This document shows positions 1 through 8,429 of a stretch of 64,000 nt of DNA, piece after piece (within the stretch, counting starts at the first letter, position 1; each line of letters starts with the position of its first letter). The stretch spans positions 6,582-70,581 of the forward strand of contig CAYRRP010000002.1 of the NCBI GenBank assembly GCA_964426735.1, given 5' to 3'. The translations under genes were made by a program, and so were the position numbers. This stretch comes from an uncultured Candidatus Saccharibacteria bacterium (GTDB taxonomy: Bacteria > Patescibacteriota > Minisyncoccia > Phycocordibacterales > DATDWN01). The notes beneath the pieces are model-generated. The model did not search any database. It worked only from the letters and a program-made list of their open reading frames with translations, and was not told the DNA's origin.

Positions 1-665
1 TACCATACGCCGAGGTCAAAGTCCACGTGGTTCATGAGTCTGTATATACCAGGAGCATCTTTTGGTGCGGTACCAAGTAGTACCATTTGAAACTGCATTA
101 CTTTTCGCAGAATTTCAGATTTGAAGGTGCGGTTAATAATTTTCTCCATATTGTTGAAAATTTCTAACTTTCTTCCTTCTCGCATAGTGCGTTTATTGAA
201 AAAATCAAAAATAGAATCATAGTTTTTATACATAAATTCTTTTTTTGCAATTTCGTACTGTCGCTTTGATTCATCGAGATACTCGGCAAGTTTCTGTGAA
301 GAACCTGGCTCGATTGATTCAAAAAGCTCAGCATTCTTTGCTCTATCTGAGTAGAAATCATAGTGTCGCCCTTCACTTTTTAGAAAGACTCGATATGAAG
401 GAGAGAGGCGTGAAAGGTGAAGGTAGTCATGGATATTTTCTCCAAGTATATTAAAAAAATCTTCAAATACTTCAGGCATCATGTACCACGATGGCCCCAT
501 ATCAAAGGTATAACCAGCTTCTTGTATGAGTCGCGCTCTTCCTCCGACCTGGTCATTTTTCTCGTATACATGTACCTCGAAACCTTTTTTGGCAAGCAGT
601 GCTGCGAGAGAAATCCCACCAAATCCTGCGCCAATGATCACTACTTTTTGTTTAGTATAAGACAT
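1..665 (-). CDS. FAD-dependent phytoene desaturase-like oxidoreductase (CrtI/CrtN family), N-terminal part; gene runs off window start
   Basis: Reverse-complement translation from ATG at 665 gives MSYTKQKVVIIGAGFGGISLAALLAKKGFEVHVYEKNDQVGGRARLIQEAGYTFDMGPSWYMMPEVFEDFF...LGTAPKDAPGIYRLMNHVDFDLGVWY with no stop down to position 1. This is the GxGxxG dinucleotide fold plus the FDxGPSWY(M/L)MP(E/D)VFE motif of CrtI-type desaturases. It overlaps the crtB-like gene by 14 nt. Confidence 0.7.
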   Translation of the reverse strand, partial: MSYTKQKVVIIGAGFGGISLAALLAKKGFEVHVYEKNDQVGGRARLIQEAGYTFDMGPSWYMMPEVFEDFFNILGENIHDYLHLSRLSPSYRVFLKSEGRHYDFYSDRAKNAELFESIEPGSSQKLAEYLDESKRQYEIAKKEFMYKNYDSIFDFFNKRTMREGRKLEIFNNMEKIINRTFKSEILRKVMQFQMVLLGTAPKDAPGIYRLMNHVDFDLGVW

Positions 666-1500
666 ATGTTTTTAGTATCAGCCATAATTTTTCTAATGTT
701 GTTGAGCGAACTCGTTTCTCGAATATATTGTATTGGTTCTGTTCAATTTTATCTAATATTTTTTCATAAAGACGTGATGCAAGTCGCACAGGGAACTGTC
801 CTTTGTGAGAAAGCATGCAGATTCCAAGCTCAGCTTCTTTAAATAACTGACGTGCGCGGTGTACTTCAAATTTCATGAGATTAATAAACTCGGGAGTTGT
901 TTCTTGTCGTGCAATCATGGCTTCAGTTACATTGAAACGATTCATGTCTTCTTGGGGTATGTATATACGACCTCGGTCTTGATAATCTTCTCGTATGTCA
1001 CGAAGGAAGTTTGTTAGTTGCATAGCTTCTCCGAGTGATGCTGCGTGCGGAAGTGCATGCGGGTCGTAATATCCAATAATATAGGTAAGCATGAGTCCTA
1101 CGGTTTCTGCTGAGCCGTGCATATATGCTTTCAGGTCGGCGTATGTAGCATACCGTGAGACAGTTACATCTTGAATCATTGCATCAATAAACGTCTGACT
1201 CAGATCAAAAGGAATATCATATCGTCTAAATATTTCAGCGGTTGCAGTAAGAAGAGGATTGTCGGTTGTACGACGGTGGTATGCATGCTCCCATTCGGTT
1301 TTCCATTGGAGGAGTTTTGCACGAGGATTACTTCCTGGTTCTGGGTTATCAACAAATTCATCAGGTGTGCGTACGAATGCGTAGAGGATAAAAACAGCCT
1401 CTTTTATTTCTTTAGGGAAGAAGAGGGTTGCTATGTAGTAACTCGTTCCATGTTTTTTTTCGATATGCTCGGCTTGTGCGAGTGTTTCTTGGTGTATCAT
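652..1500 (-). CDS. phytoene/squalene synthase family protein (CrtB/HpnD-like)
   Basis: 282 aa. YAFVRTPDEFVD and the DIREDYQDRGRIYIP segment are typical of the trans-isoprenyl diphosphate synthase head-to-head family. Overlaps both flanking genes (operon). Confidence 0.75.
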   Translation of the reverse strand: MIHQETLAQAEHIEKKHGTSYYIATLFFPKEIKEAVFILYAFVRTPDEFVDNPEPGSNPRAKLLQWKTEWEHAYHRRTTDNPLLTATAEIFRRYDIPFDLSQTFIDAMIQDVTVSRYATYADLKAYMHGSAETVGLMLTYIIGYYDPHALPHAASLGEAMQLTNFLRDIREDYQDRGRIYIPQEDMNRFNVTEAMIARQETTPEFINLMKFEVHRARQLFKEAELGICMLSHKGQFPVRLASRLYEKILDKIEQNQYNIFEKRVRSTTLEKLWLILKTYVLY

Positions 1501-2612
1501 AATGTTCTATTTCGTAAGAGTGAGATGATTGATGTAAATACAAAAGATATGTGACTGTCGAGGTGTGCATCGGCAACCAAATGTTCAGCTTGGGTAATAT
1601 ATTCTTGAACAAGTGCTTGAGCGTATGCAATACTTCCAGAGTCAGTAAAAACTTTTCGAACAGTTTCTGGATCAAGTGAGCTTTTAGGTGCGCCACAGAG
1701 TGCATCCAGTTGATCTCTGTACAAAGGAGCAGATTTTTCACGTATATAGGCGGTGAGTACCGTATGTTGATTTTCTTGAAGATCCGTAAACATTTCTTTT
1801 TTTGTATCCTTAGGATTGCCAATTATATCAAGAAGGTCATCTTGTACTTGAAACAGCATACCGATTATTTCTCCAAAACGAAGTGAAACATCAATAAGGT
1901 CTTCACGTCCTGCAATAAGTGCTCCGATATGTAGAGGACGTGCAAAAGAGTAGTATGCAGTTTTCAATCTATTTTTCTCTATGATAGATGAAAGTGGTGC
2001 GTTTGTTTCTGTGGTGAGGTGTATATCAAGCATTTGACCAATACATACCTCATCAACAAGTGTAGTAAATACGTACCGTATATTCTGTCGTATCTCCGGT
2101 GTGCTCCATGAGGTAGTGTTGAGCAGCTCAAATACATAGTTAAATACAATATCACCTGCTAAAATTGCTTGATTTTCACTTGCTCGCTCGATATTTTTTT
2201 CAACACGCTTGTTGGTAAGAAGTGCATGGGTATAGGTGTGTATAGTCGGCGTACCATGTCGTACAAGCGCTTCATCCATAATGTCATCATGGATAAGACA
2301 AAATACGTGAAAGAGCTCAACTGCGACAAGGAGCGGAGCGATATCTTCAATTGATGCTTCTGTGTGGGTAGATTTGTATAATGACCATATAATAAATGGA
2401 CGTAATCGTTTGCCACCAGTACTTACATTTTGTATATGTGACAAAATCGAGAGTACTGTTTCTTCGGATGTAATATTTTTATATGCGGTGTATTTTGACG
2501 CAAGATGGCGAGCAAGAAGTGGATCGAATGTTTGTTTGAACAACGCTATATCCATAGGCAATATTGTTCTTACTGTATCGTATTTAAGGTTTTTTGTATA
2601 CACAGTTTGCAT
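1497..2612 (-). CDS. polyprenyl (geranylgeranyl) diphosphate synthase (CrtE/IdsA-like)
   Basis: 371 aa with both aspartate-rich motifs, LIHDDIMD and QVQDDLLD. Shares 4-bp ATGA overlap with the crtB-like gene. Confidence 0.75.
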   Translation of the reverse strand: MQTVYTKNLKYDTVRTILPMDIALFKQTFDPLLARHLASKYTAYKNITSEETVLSILSHIQNVSTGGKRLRPFIIWSLYKSTHTEASIEDIAPLLVAVELFHVFCLIHDDIMDEALVRHGTPTIHTYTHALLTNKRVEKNIERASENQAILAGDIVFNYVFELLNTTSWSTPEIRQNIRYVFTTLVDEVCIGQMLDIHLTTETNAPLSSIIEKNRLKTAYYSFARPLHIGALIAGREDLIDVSLRFGEIIGMLFQVQDDLLDIIGNPKDTKKEMFTDLQENQHTVLTAYIREKSAPLYRDQLDALCGAPKSSLDPETVRKVFTDSGSIAYAQALVQEYITQAEHLVADAHLDSHISFVFTSIISLLRNRTL

Positions 2613-2623
2613 AGGTCACTCTG

Positions 2624-2920
2624 GTGTATACTGTATATATGGATACAATATTCAAAGCGGATATCTTTTTTGTAATCACTACTGTGGTGGTGTGTGTACT
2701 TGGTCTACTTATTGCATTGGTACTTATATATCTCATCCGTATATTACGTGATGTAAAAAAACTCTCTCGAAAAGTACGACAAGAAGGGGAAGCGTTGGTT
2801 GAGGATATTGAGGGCTTGCGTGAAAATATAAAAAAGAACACAATTAAACTATCGGACATCCTTTCTTTTGGGTTTCTCAGGAAAAAGGTAGTACGAAAAA
2901 ACATTAAAAAAAGTAATTAA
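2624..2920 (+). CDS. small membrane protein (DUF948-like)
   Basis: 98 aa with an N-terminal TM helix followed by a charged coiled segment. Confidence 0.45.
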   Translation: MYTVYMDTIFKADIFFVITTVVVCVLGLLIALVLIYLIRILRDVKKLSRKVRQEGEALVEDIEGLRENIKKNTIKLSDILSFGFLRKKVVRKNIKKSN

Positions 2921-2932
2921 TACATTTATCTC

Positions 2933-3298
2933 ATGGCAAAGAAACAAGAAAGTGGTGTTGCAGTAGCGGTAGGTCTCGGAGCTCTTGCGGCTCTCTCAGC
3001 GGGGGCATACTTTTTGTATGGAACTAAAGAGGGCGCAAAAAAACGAGTAAAAATTAAAGGATGGATGTTGAAGGCAAAAGGGGAAGTATTGGAAAAAATG
3101 GAGTCTTTGAAAGATGTAAATGAAGAAACATACAATAAAGTACTTTCTACTGTTATGAAAAAGTACGAAGGACTTAAGAATGTTGATCAAAATGAAGTTG
3201 CAGAATTAGTAACTGATCTTAAAAAGCACTGGAAGAATATAAAAAAACACATCGATGGTGCAACAAAACTAAAAAAAGCTGTAGCAAAGAAAAAGTAA
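2933..3298 (+). CDS. YtxH-like small lysine-rich protein
   Basis: 121 aa with a short hydrophobic N-terminus (AVAVGLGALAALSAGAYFLYG) and a K/E-rich helical remainder. Confidence 0.45.
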   Translation: MAKKQESGVAVAVGLGALAALSAGAYFLYGTKEGAKKRVKIKGWMLKAKGEVLEKMESLKDVNEETYNKVLSTVMKKYEGLKNVDQNEVAELVTDLKKHWKNIKKHIDGATKLKKAVAKKK

Positions 3299-3318
3299 AA
3301 AACTTTTACTTCGAACAA

Positions 3319-3346
3319 AAAGACCGTTTATTACGGTCTTTTTGTT
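3319..3346 (+). terminator. rho-independent terminator
   Basis: Stem aaagaccgt/acggtcttt followed by a T-run. Confidence 0.6.
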
Positions 3347-3367
3347 TATACAAGTCTCTGGTATAGT

Positions 3368-3820
3368 GTGTGGCGGGAGGAAAAAGCTATGGCAGTAACA
3401 TTACTGAGACTGTGGGACATTAACTTGAAAGGTTATAAGATTGTACGGTATTCAAATTCGTGTCCTGCAGACTTGAAATCACTCGAACCCGTCAGATTTA
3501 GCGGTGAGACCTTAGAGCACGCTCTTGCGTCAACAGAAGGTTATGATTCGACAAATTTAACCCTTATCGGTTTAGCTCGAGTTAGTAAAGAAATCAAAAA
3601 AATTCACAAGTCACAGGTACCAGATTTCTTTTTTGAGCAGCGCTGCTGGGTGCCTCGGCGGTTTATTGCGGGGGGAACCTTGTTGGTGTATAAGGGTGAG
3701 AAGTATGCACTCGCTTTTTATTTTATTGGCCATGAATGGTTCGTCCGGCCAGTAGTTCTTTCCATGAAAAATACACCGGATTACTATTTTCTGGTGGTGA
3801 AGAAGGAGGGGTCTGCATGA
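3368..3820 (+). CDS. hypothetical protein (possible start at 3389)
   Basis: 150-aa ORF with no recognised motif. The stop codon lies in the loop of the downstream hairpin. Confidence 0.4.
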   Translation: MWREEKAMAVTLLRLWDINLKGYKIVRYSNSCPADLKSLEPVRFSGETLEHALASTEGYDSTNLTLIGLARVSKEIKKIHKSQVPDFFFEQRCWVPRRFIAGGTLLVYKGEKYALAFYFIGHEWFVRPVVLSMKNTPDYYFLVVKKEGSA

Positions 3821-3836
3821 TGCAGACCCTTTTTTG
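3808..3836. terminator. terminator hairpin gggtctgca-tga-tgcagaccc + T6; convergent genes on both sides
   Basis: Perfect 9-bp stem followed by tttttt. Confidence 0.65.
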
Positions 3837-3839
3837 TTA

Positions 3840-5030
3840 TTAGCGTGTATCTTTGAGGGCAAGTGACCAGTATGTTCCAAGTATTACTGTAATTCCAAGC
3901 AGGAGGAATATGTAATTGTATGGTAAAAATCTCAGTGCGAATGTTGCAACGATAGGTCCAATAATAAAACCAAGTGGGCGAGTGGTTCGGTATATACTGA
4001 TTTCATCAGTTTGACTTTGATTTACTTGTTTAAAGAAGAAACTATCTGAGGTGATTTCAACAAAGGAAGCCCCAGTACGTGTAAGGAATAGGAGTGAAGT
4101 CCAGAGAATAAAGTTGTTGGTGGTGATGAAGCTGATGCAGATTGTTGCAAGACCCATGATTATAAGTCCTATAGTGAGTATTTCTTTCTCACCGTATTTA
4201 GTGTCAGCAAGTTTGCCGATAGGAAGCTCAAATAATGCAAATGGAAGAAGCATGATAGTAAACATAATACCGATTTGTTCCCATGAGAATCCGATATGCA
4301 TGTTCAGATGTACAGGCATATAAATAATCATAATTGCATAGAACAATTGAAGGATGAGGTGACACATGAATACTTTCGATAGGTTTGCTATTTCTATGAA
4401 TGTAACCACCGTCTCACGTACTTTAATGTGTGCAATAGGTACATCTGTATAATTTTTAAAATATCGTCTGGTGAGGATGAAGAGTGGTATAAGACAAAGG
4501 AGTGATATGAAGTACACTCGATCAAATTGATCTTTTGCTAAAATAAAACCTACAAGCATTGGTGCGATTACGAGAGTAATGTTTGCAAGGGTAAGATATG
4601 TACCTCGAATTCCACCAGTTTTTGTTTCATCGGTTGATTCACTTTCGAGGAAGACATCGAGATTGAAAAGAATAAGAGGAACGACAATTTGATGGATAAG
4701 GAAATAGATACCAATCAGTGTGGGGTTTTGTGAAAATATCAGGCCAGTTACTGCAAGAGCTTCGAGTGTGATCGCACTCAGTATAATTTTATAGTTGCCA
4801 ACTTTGTTGAGTATTTTTGATATATTGAGAAGGAGCACAAGGTTTATGAGTGACCCTATGGTGTAGAGGTTACTTACTTGATCATCGGTAAAAAAATGAG
4901 ACAGAAAGGATGAGTTTATGTAAATAATAAAGTAATAATGGAAGGATAGAAATATGTTGGCAAGATATACAACAGTGAGTAATTTATGTTGACGCACCCG
5001 TTCAGTTAATTTCGTAAGAATAAAATCCAT
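3840..5030 (-). CDS. MFS-type transporter (start taken at internal Met MDFILTK)
   Basis: About 12 hydrophobic segments. The longer ORF (to 5141) overlaps the IS transposase gene, so the internal ATG at 5030 is preferred. Confidence 0.6.
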   Translation of the reverse strand: MDFILTKLTERVRQHKLLTVVYLANIFLSFHYYFIIYINSSFLSHFFTDDQVSNLYTIGSLINLVLLLNISKILNKVGNYKIILSAITLEALAVTGLIFSQNPTLIGIYFLIHQIVVPLILFNLDVFLESESTDETKTGGIRGTYLTLANITLVIAPMLVGFILAKDQFDRVYFISLLCLIPLFILTRRYFKNYTDVPIAHIKVRETVVTFIEIANLSKVFMCHLILQLFYAIMIIYMPVHLNMHIGFSWEQIGIMFTIMLLPFALFELPIGKLADTKYGEKEILTIGLIIMGLATICISFITTNNFILWTSLLFLTRTGASFVEITSDSFFFKQVNQSQTDEISIYRTTRPLGFIIGPIVATFALRFLPYNYIFLLLGITVILGTYWSLALKDTR

Positions 5031-5127
5031 ATTTGTATAGTATAACGGAAAATGATGCTTGGACAAAACTAAGTGAGTACTACGGATCTCCCCACCATAC
5101 ACCTTTCCGGAGTTTTCCAAAAGTGTT

Positions 5128-6060
5128 TTAGGTACACACATTTGTCACCTCTAATTCTAACATTTCATTAGGTGTTTTCCCATTTAAACCACAATGTTCT
5201 AAATTGTTGTAGTACTCATTCCATGTTTTCAATTTCTCTTGCAAGTCATTCATTGATTTGAATTTGTGTTTTTCGTAGAATTTCTCTTGATCTTCTCTGT
5301 GACTTCTTTCCACTGTCCCGTTTTGTGCAGGTTTGCCAGGATCAATGAGGTAGTGAATGATATTGTGTTCTGTACAAAATGTATCAAGTCCATGGAGTGT
5401 TTTGACTGAAACATCACTTCTTTTGTTTGTTCCGAGGTAGTAGTTGGTGAACATACTTCCATTGTCTGTTTTAATTGCATGTATCTTGTACTTAAATTGC
5501 TTGATGACGTCTTCTAGAAACAAAACTGAGTGGTATGATGTCTGTTCATCATATATTGCAAGATACCTCCATCGAGAAGCTGTATCAATGGCTGTATACT
5601 GAAAATATCGTTTTCCTGCAATCTTTCCTGGTACATACTTCACATCAATCTCAATGAGTTCACCTGGTTTTCTTTCAGCTTTGATATATTTGTATTTGAT
5701 TTTCTTTACTCTGTATTTTCGTACTAAATTCTCTGATTTCAATATCTTTCCAATTGTTCTTTCGTGAATGACAACTCCTTCCTTTGCTAGTTTCCACTTT
5801 AGCTTGAGTGCACAGAGTTTAGTTTTCTTTCGGAGATCAACCACTCTCTCTTTTAGTTGAATCTGTGATTCCTTTGGATTTGTCTTTGGTCTTGTTGATT
5901 TTGGTATGAGTCCTTTCTCTCCTTTGTCACGGTATTCTTTGAGCCACCTCTTGAGGGTTCTTCCATTGTGAGGAAAGATCTTGATTACATCTTTTAGCCT
6001 AGCTCCATCCTCGACCATTTGTACCCATCTTAAACGTTCTTCTTGTATGTTTTTTGGCAT
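5128..6060 (-). CDS. DDE transposase, IS481/IS3-superfamily integrase core
   Basis: N-terminal HTH-like region followed by the catalytic DDE region (IDVKYVPG..., TDNG, VERSHRED). Confidence 0.75.
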   Translation of the reverse strand: MPKNIQEERLRWVQMVEDGARLKDVIKIFPHNGRTLKRWLKEYRDKGEKGLIPKSTRPKTNPKESQIQLKERVVDLRKKTKLCALKLKWKLAKEGVVIHERTIGKILKSENLVRKYRVKKIKYKYIKAERKPGELIEIDVKYVPGKIAGKRYFQYTAIDTASRWRYLAIYDEQTSYHSVLFLEDVIKQFKYKIHAIKTDNGSMFTNYYLGTNKRSDVSVKTLHGLDTFCTEHNIIHYLIDPGKPAQNGTVERSHREDQEKFYEKHKFKSMNDLQEKLKTWNEYYNNLEHCGLNGKTPNEMLELEVTNVCT

Positions 6061-6112
6061 ATGTGTACACATGAGTTAACTCTACTAAAAAGTGACATAT
6101 GTGTGTGCACAT
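5128..6112 (-). mobile_element. IS481-family-like insertion sequence (single DDE transposase gene, imperfect terminal IRs)
   Basis: Transposase ORF 5128-6060 has an rve-type integrase core: KTDNGSMF ... VERSHRE. Terminal IRs are gtacacacatttgtcac (5132-5148) and gtgacatatgtgtgtgcac (6092-6110, reverse complement). Length about 1 kb. Confidence 0.7.
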
Positions 6113-6124
6113 TACCAAAGTTTA

Positions 6125-6153
6125 TTGACAAAATGGTGCTATGTGTTATATAA
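6125..6153 (+). promoter_or_regulatory. sigma70-like promoter for flp (TTGACA-16/17-TATATA/ATATAA), followed by SD caggaggg
   Basis: Sequence read directly. Lies between the IS right end and the ATG at 6172. Confidence 0.5.
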
Positions 6154-6171
6154 CATATACAGGAGGGTGAT

Positions 6172-6414
6172 ATGAAACTCACTCGAATTCTTTCCCGTTT
6201 AGTTCGGGCCACCACCGGTCAGGACCTCATTGAATACGCGTTGATGGCCGGCTTCATTCTGGTTGCTGCTGGGGCGATCCTGCCAGGAGTTGCCAACAGT
6301 CTCAGTCATCTGTGGCACAAAGCAACTTGTGCTAATCACCAGGTGGAGAAGAGCGTTGATGGCAGCTATTCTTGTGCGCTCTCTGTGTCCGTTCCTGTGC
6401 GAGGGTCACGATAA
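6172..6414 (+). CDS. flp: Flp/Fap family type IVb pilin
   Basis: TTGQDLIEYALMAGFILVAAGAI is the Flp prepilin G/xxxxEY processing motif plus hydrophobic stretch. The gene is markedly GC-rich compared with its surroundings. Confidence 0.7.
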   Translation: MKLTRILSRLVRATTGQDLIEYALMAGFILVAAGAILPGVANSLSHLWHKATCANHQVEKSVDGSYSCALSVSVPVRGSR

Positions 6415-6516
6415 TGGATTCGACCATGGTACGTGCCGTCTGCGCACTGTTGGCTGTAGTTTTCTTGGTAATTATTGTTGTCCGTCGACGTAATGACGAA
6501 GAAGAATAATTGCCCA

Positions 6517-6554
6517 AAACGCCTGCGAGGGAAACCTCGCAGGCGTTTTTCTGT
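6517..6554. terminator. strong bidirectional terminator aaacgcctgcgagg-gaaa-cctcgcaggcgttttt
   Basis: 14-bp GC-rich stem with a T-run on the + strand and an A/T context on the - strand. Sits between flp (+) and rnj (-). Confidence 0.7.
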
Positions 6555-6582
6555 TTACTGTTGACTAATGACTGTTGTCTTT

Positions 6583-8409
6583 CTAGACTCCAAGGATTAC
6601 TGGAATCACAATTGGTTTCTTTGCGGTCTTTTGGTAGAGGTAGCGGCCGACATTGTCCGCAACATTTGCTTTGACGTAGTCAAAGTTGATTGGGTTCATA
6701 CCTTTGGTTGTATCCTCAACTGTTTTTTTGATAATCTGGCGTGTCTGGTTTAAGAGATCTTGCGATTCTCGCAAATACACAAATCCTCGAGAAATAATAT
6801 CGGGAGATTTTTTGAGTTTACCTGTTTTTGCATTCACGCTTGCAACAATCATGAAGATACCATCTTGAGCGAGTGTTTTTCGATCTCGAATCACGAGCTC
6901 TTGTACATCACCAATAGAGAATCCATCCACCATCACGACATTGTCAGGAGCAGATTCTTTGAGACGAACAAATTTAGTTCCACCATCTTGGATTTCAAGG
7001 ATTGCACCATTGTCAGGAACAATAACATTCTCGGGAGGCATACCGATAATTGATTTTGCAAGATCTTCATGTACACGAAGCATGTAGTGACTCCCGTGCA
7101 TTGGCATAAAGAACTTCGCTTTTATTTTTTTATGTAACCATTCGAGCTCTCCTCGGTTTCCGTGTCCAGTTGAGTGGATATATACATCAGATGATCGATA
7201 GTGGATGATTTTTGCACCTTGTCGAGCAAGATTATCTTTAAGTTTCTGTACAGCTTTTTCGTTACCCGGAATAATAGAAGAAGAGAGAAGGACAGTATCC
7301 CGAGGAGTTACTTTAAAGTATTTATGAGTCTTGTTTGACATACGCATCAGTGCCGCAAACTCATCTCCTTGTGCACCTGTTGCGAGCACTACAATACGAT
7401 CAGGAGGGTAGTTTTCCATATCATCTGAGGTGATGATTGTGTCTTTTTTTACTTTCAACATATCGATTGTACGAACAATATCGATATTGTTTTTCATACT
7501 TCTTCCTTCAACAACAACTTTCTTTCCATACCGCTCAGCGATTTCAATGATTTTCATCACGCGTTCGAGCTGTGATGCAAACGTACCGATAATGAGACGA
7601 CTTTTTGTGTTTTTAATAATCTCTTCCAAGTTTTGATGTACTAGACGTTCTGGTGTAGAAAAACCTTGGTTATCAACATTTGTTGAGTCCATCATGAGGA
7701 AGAGTACTTTTTCTTTTTCAAAACGAGAAAATTCTTTTTCTTCTGCTTCGGTAGGAACACCATCAACATGATCAAGTTTGATATCGCCAGGTGTGACGAG
7801 TGCACCATATGGTGTATCGATAATAATACCCATTGAGTCTGGAATAGTGTGAGTCACAGCAAAGAAACGCACTTTAAGTTTTCCGAGAAGAATCGCATCT
7901 TCTTTTTCCACGACTCGAATATCGAGCGCTGGGAGATGAGGGAACTCTTCTTGGCGTTTTTTAACCATAATAGAGGTCAATGCACGAGTGTAGAGTGGTG
8001 GGTTACCGATTCGATCCATGATGTATGGAATACCACCAATATGATCGAGGTGTCCGTGAGTGATAATCACTCCACGAATCTTATCTTTTCGATCCTCAAG
8101 GTATTTTGTGTTAGGAAGAATGTAGTCTACACCTGGTGTATCATCATCTTTAAACTGAAAACCCATATCGATAACTATAATATCGTCTTTGTACTCGATA
8201 AGGGTCATGTTTTTTCCAATCTCTTCTACTCCACCAAGTGGAATAATACGGATTGAATCTCCGGCAGGAGGGATCACATCGTCTTGTTTTTTAGTAAGAC
8301 GTACGTGAGGTGTATGTGGACGACCAAAACTTCTTCGTGGAGAACGTATTGCGCGATGTGTTTCGCGAGGAGTATGTGGTGTTTCGTTATGTGTATCTGA
8401 CTGGTTCAT
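6583..8409 (-). CDS. rnj: ribonuclease J (metallo-beta-lactamase/beta-CASP RNase)
   Basis: 608 aa. HGHLDHIGG zinc motif and overall RNase J organisation, plus an about 60-aa basic N-terminal extension. Confidence 0.85.
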   Translation of the reverse strand: MNQSDTHNETPHTPRETHRAIRSPRRSFGRPHTPHVRLTKKQDDVIPPAGDSIRIIPLGGVEEIGKNMTLIEYKDDIIVIDMGFQFKDDDTPGVDYILPNTKYLEDRKDKIRGVIITHGHLDHIGGIPYIMDRIGNPPLYTRALTSIMVKKRQEEFPHLPALDIRVVEKEDAILLGKLKVRFFAVTHTIPDSMGIIIDTPYGALVTPGDIKLDHVDGVPTEAEEKEFSRFEKEKVLFLMMDSTNVDNQGFSTPERLVHQNLEEIIKNTKSRLIIGTFASQLERVMKIIEIAERYGKKVVVEGRSMKNNIDIVRTIDMLKVKKDTIITSDDMENYPPDRIVVLATGAQGDEFAALMRMSNKTHKYFKVTPRDTVLLSSSIIPGNEKAVQKLKDNLARQGAKIIHYRSSDVYIHSTGHGNRGELEWLHKKIKAKFFMPMHGSHYMLRVHEDLAKSIIGMPPENVIVPDNGAILEIQDGGTKFVRLKESAPDNVVMVDGFSIGDVQELVIRDRKTLAQDGIFMIVASVNAKTGKLKKSPDIISRGFVYLRESQDLLNQTRQIIKKTVEDTTKGMNPINFDYVKANVADNVGRYLYQKTAKKPIVIPVILGV

Positions 8410-8429
8410 ATGTGTGTTGTTACGTTGGG

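Noticed and set aside
6263-6493. Alternative 76-aa + strand ORF overlapping the flp gene in another frame
   Set aside because: It has no start context and its translation is Cys/Arg-rich nonsense. The flp frame has SD, promoter and the Flp processing motif.
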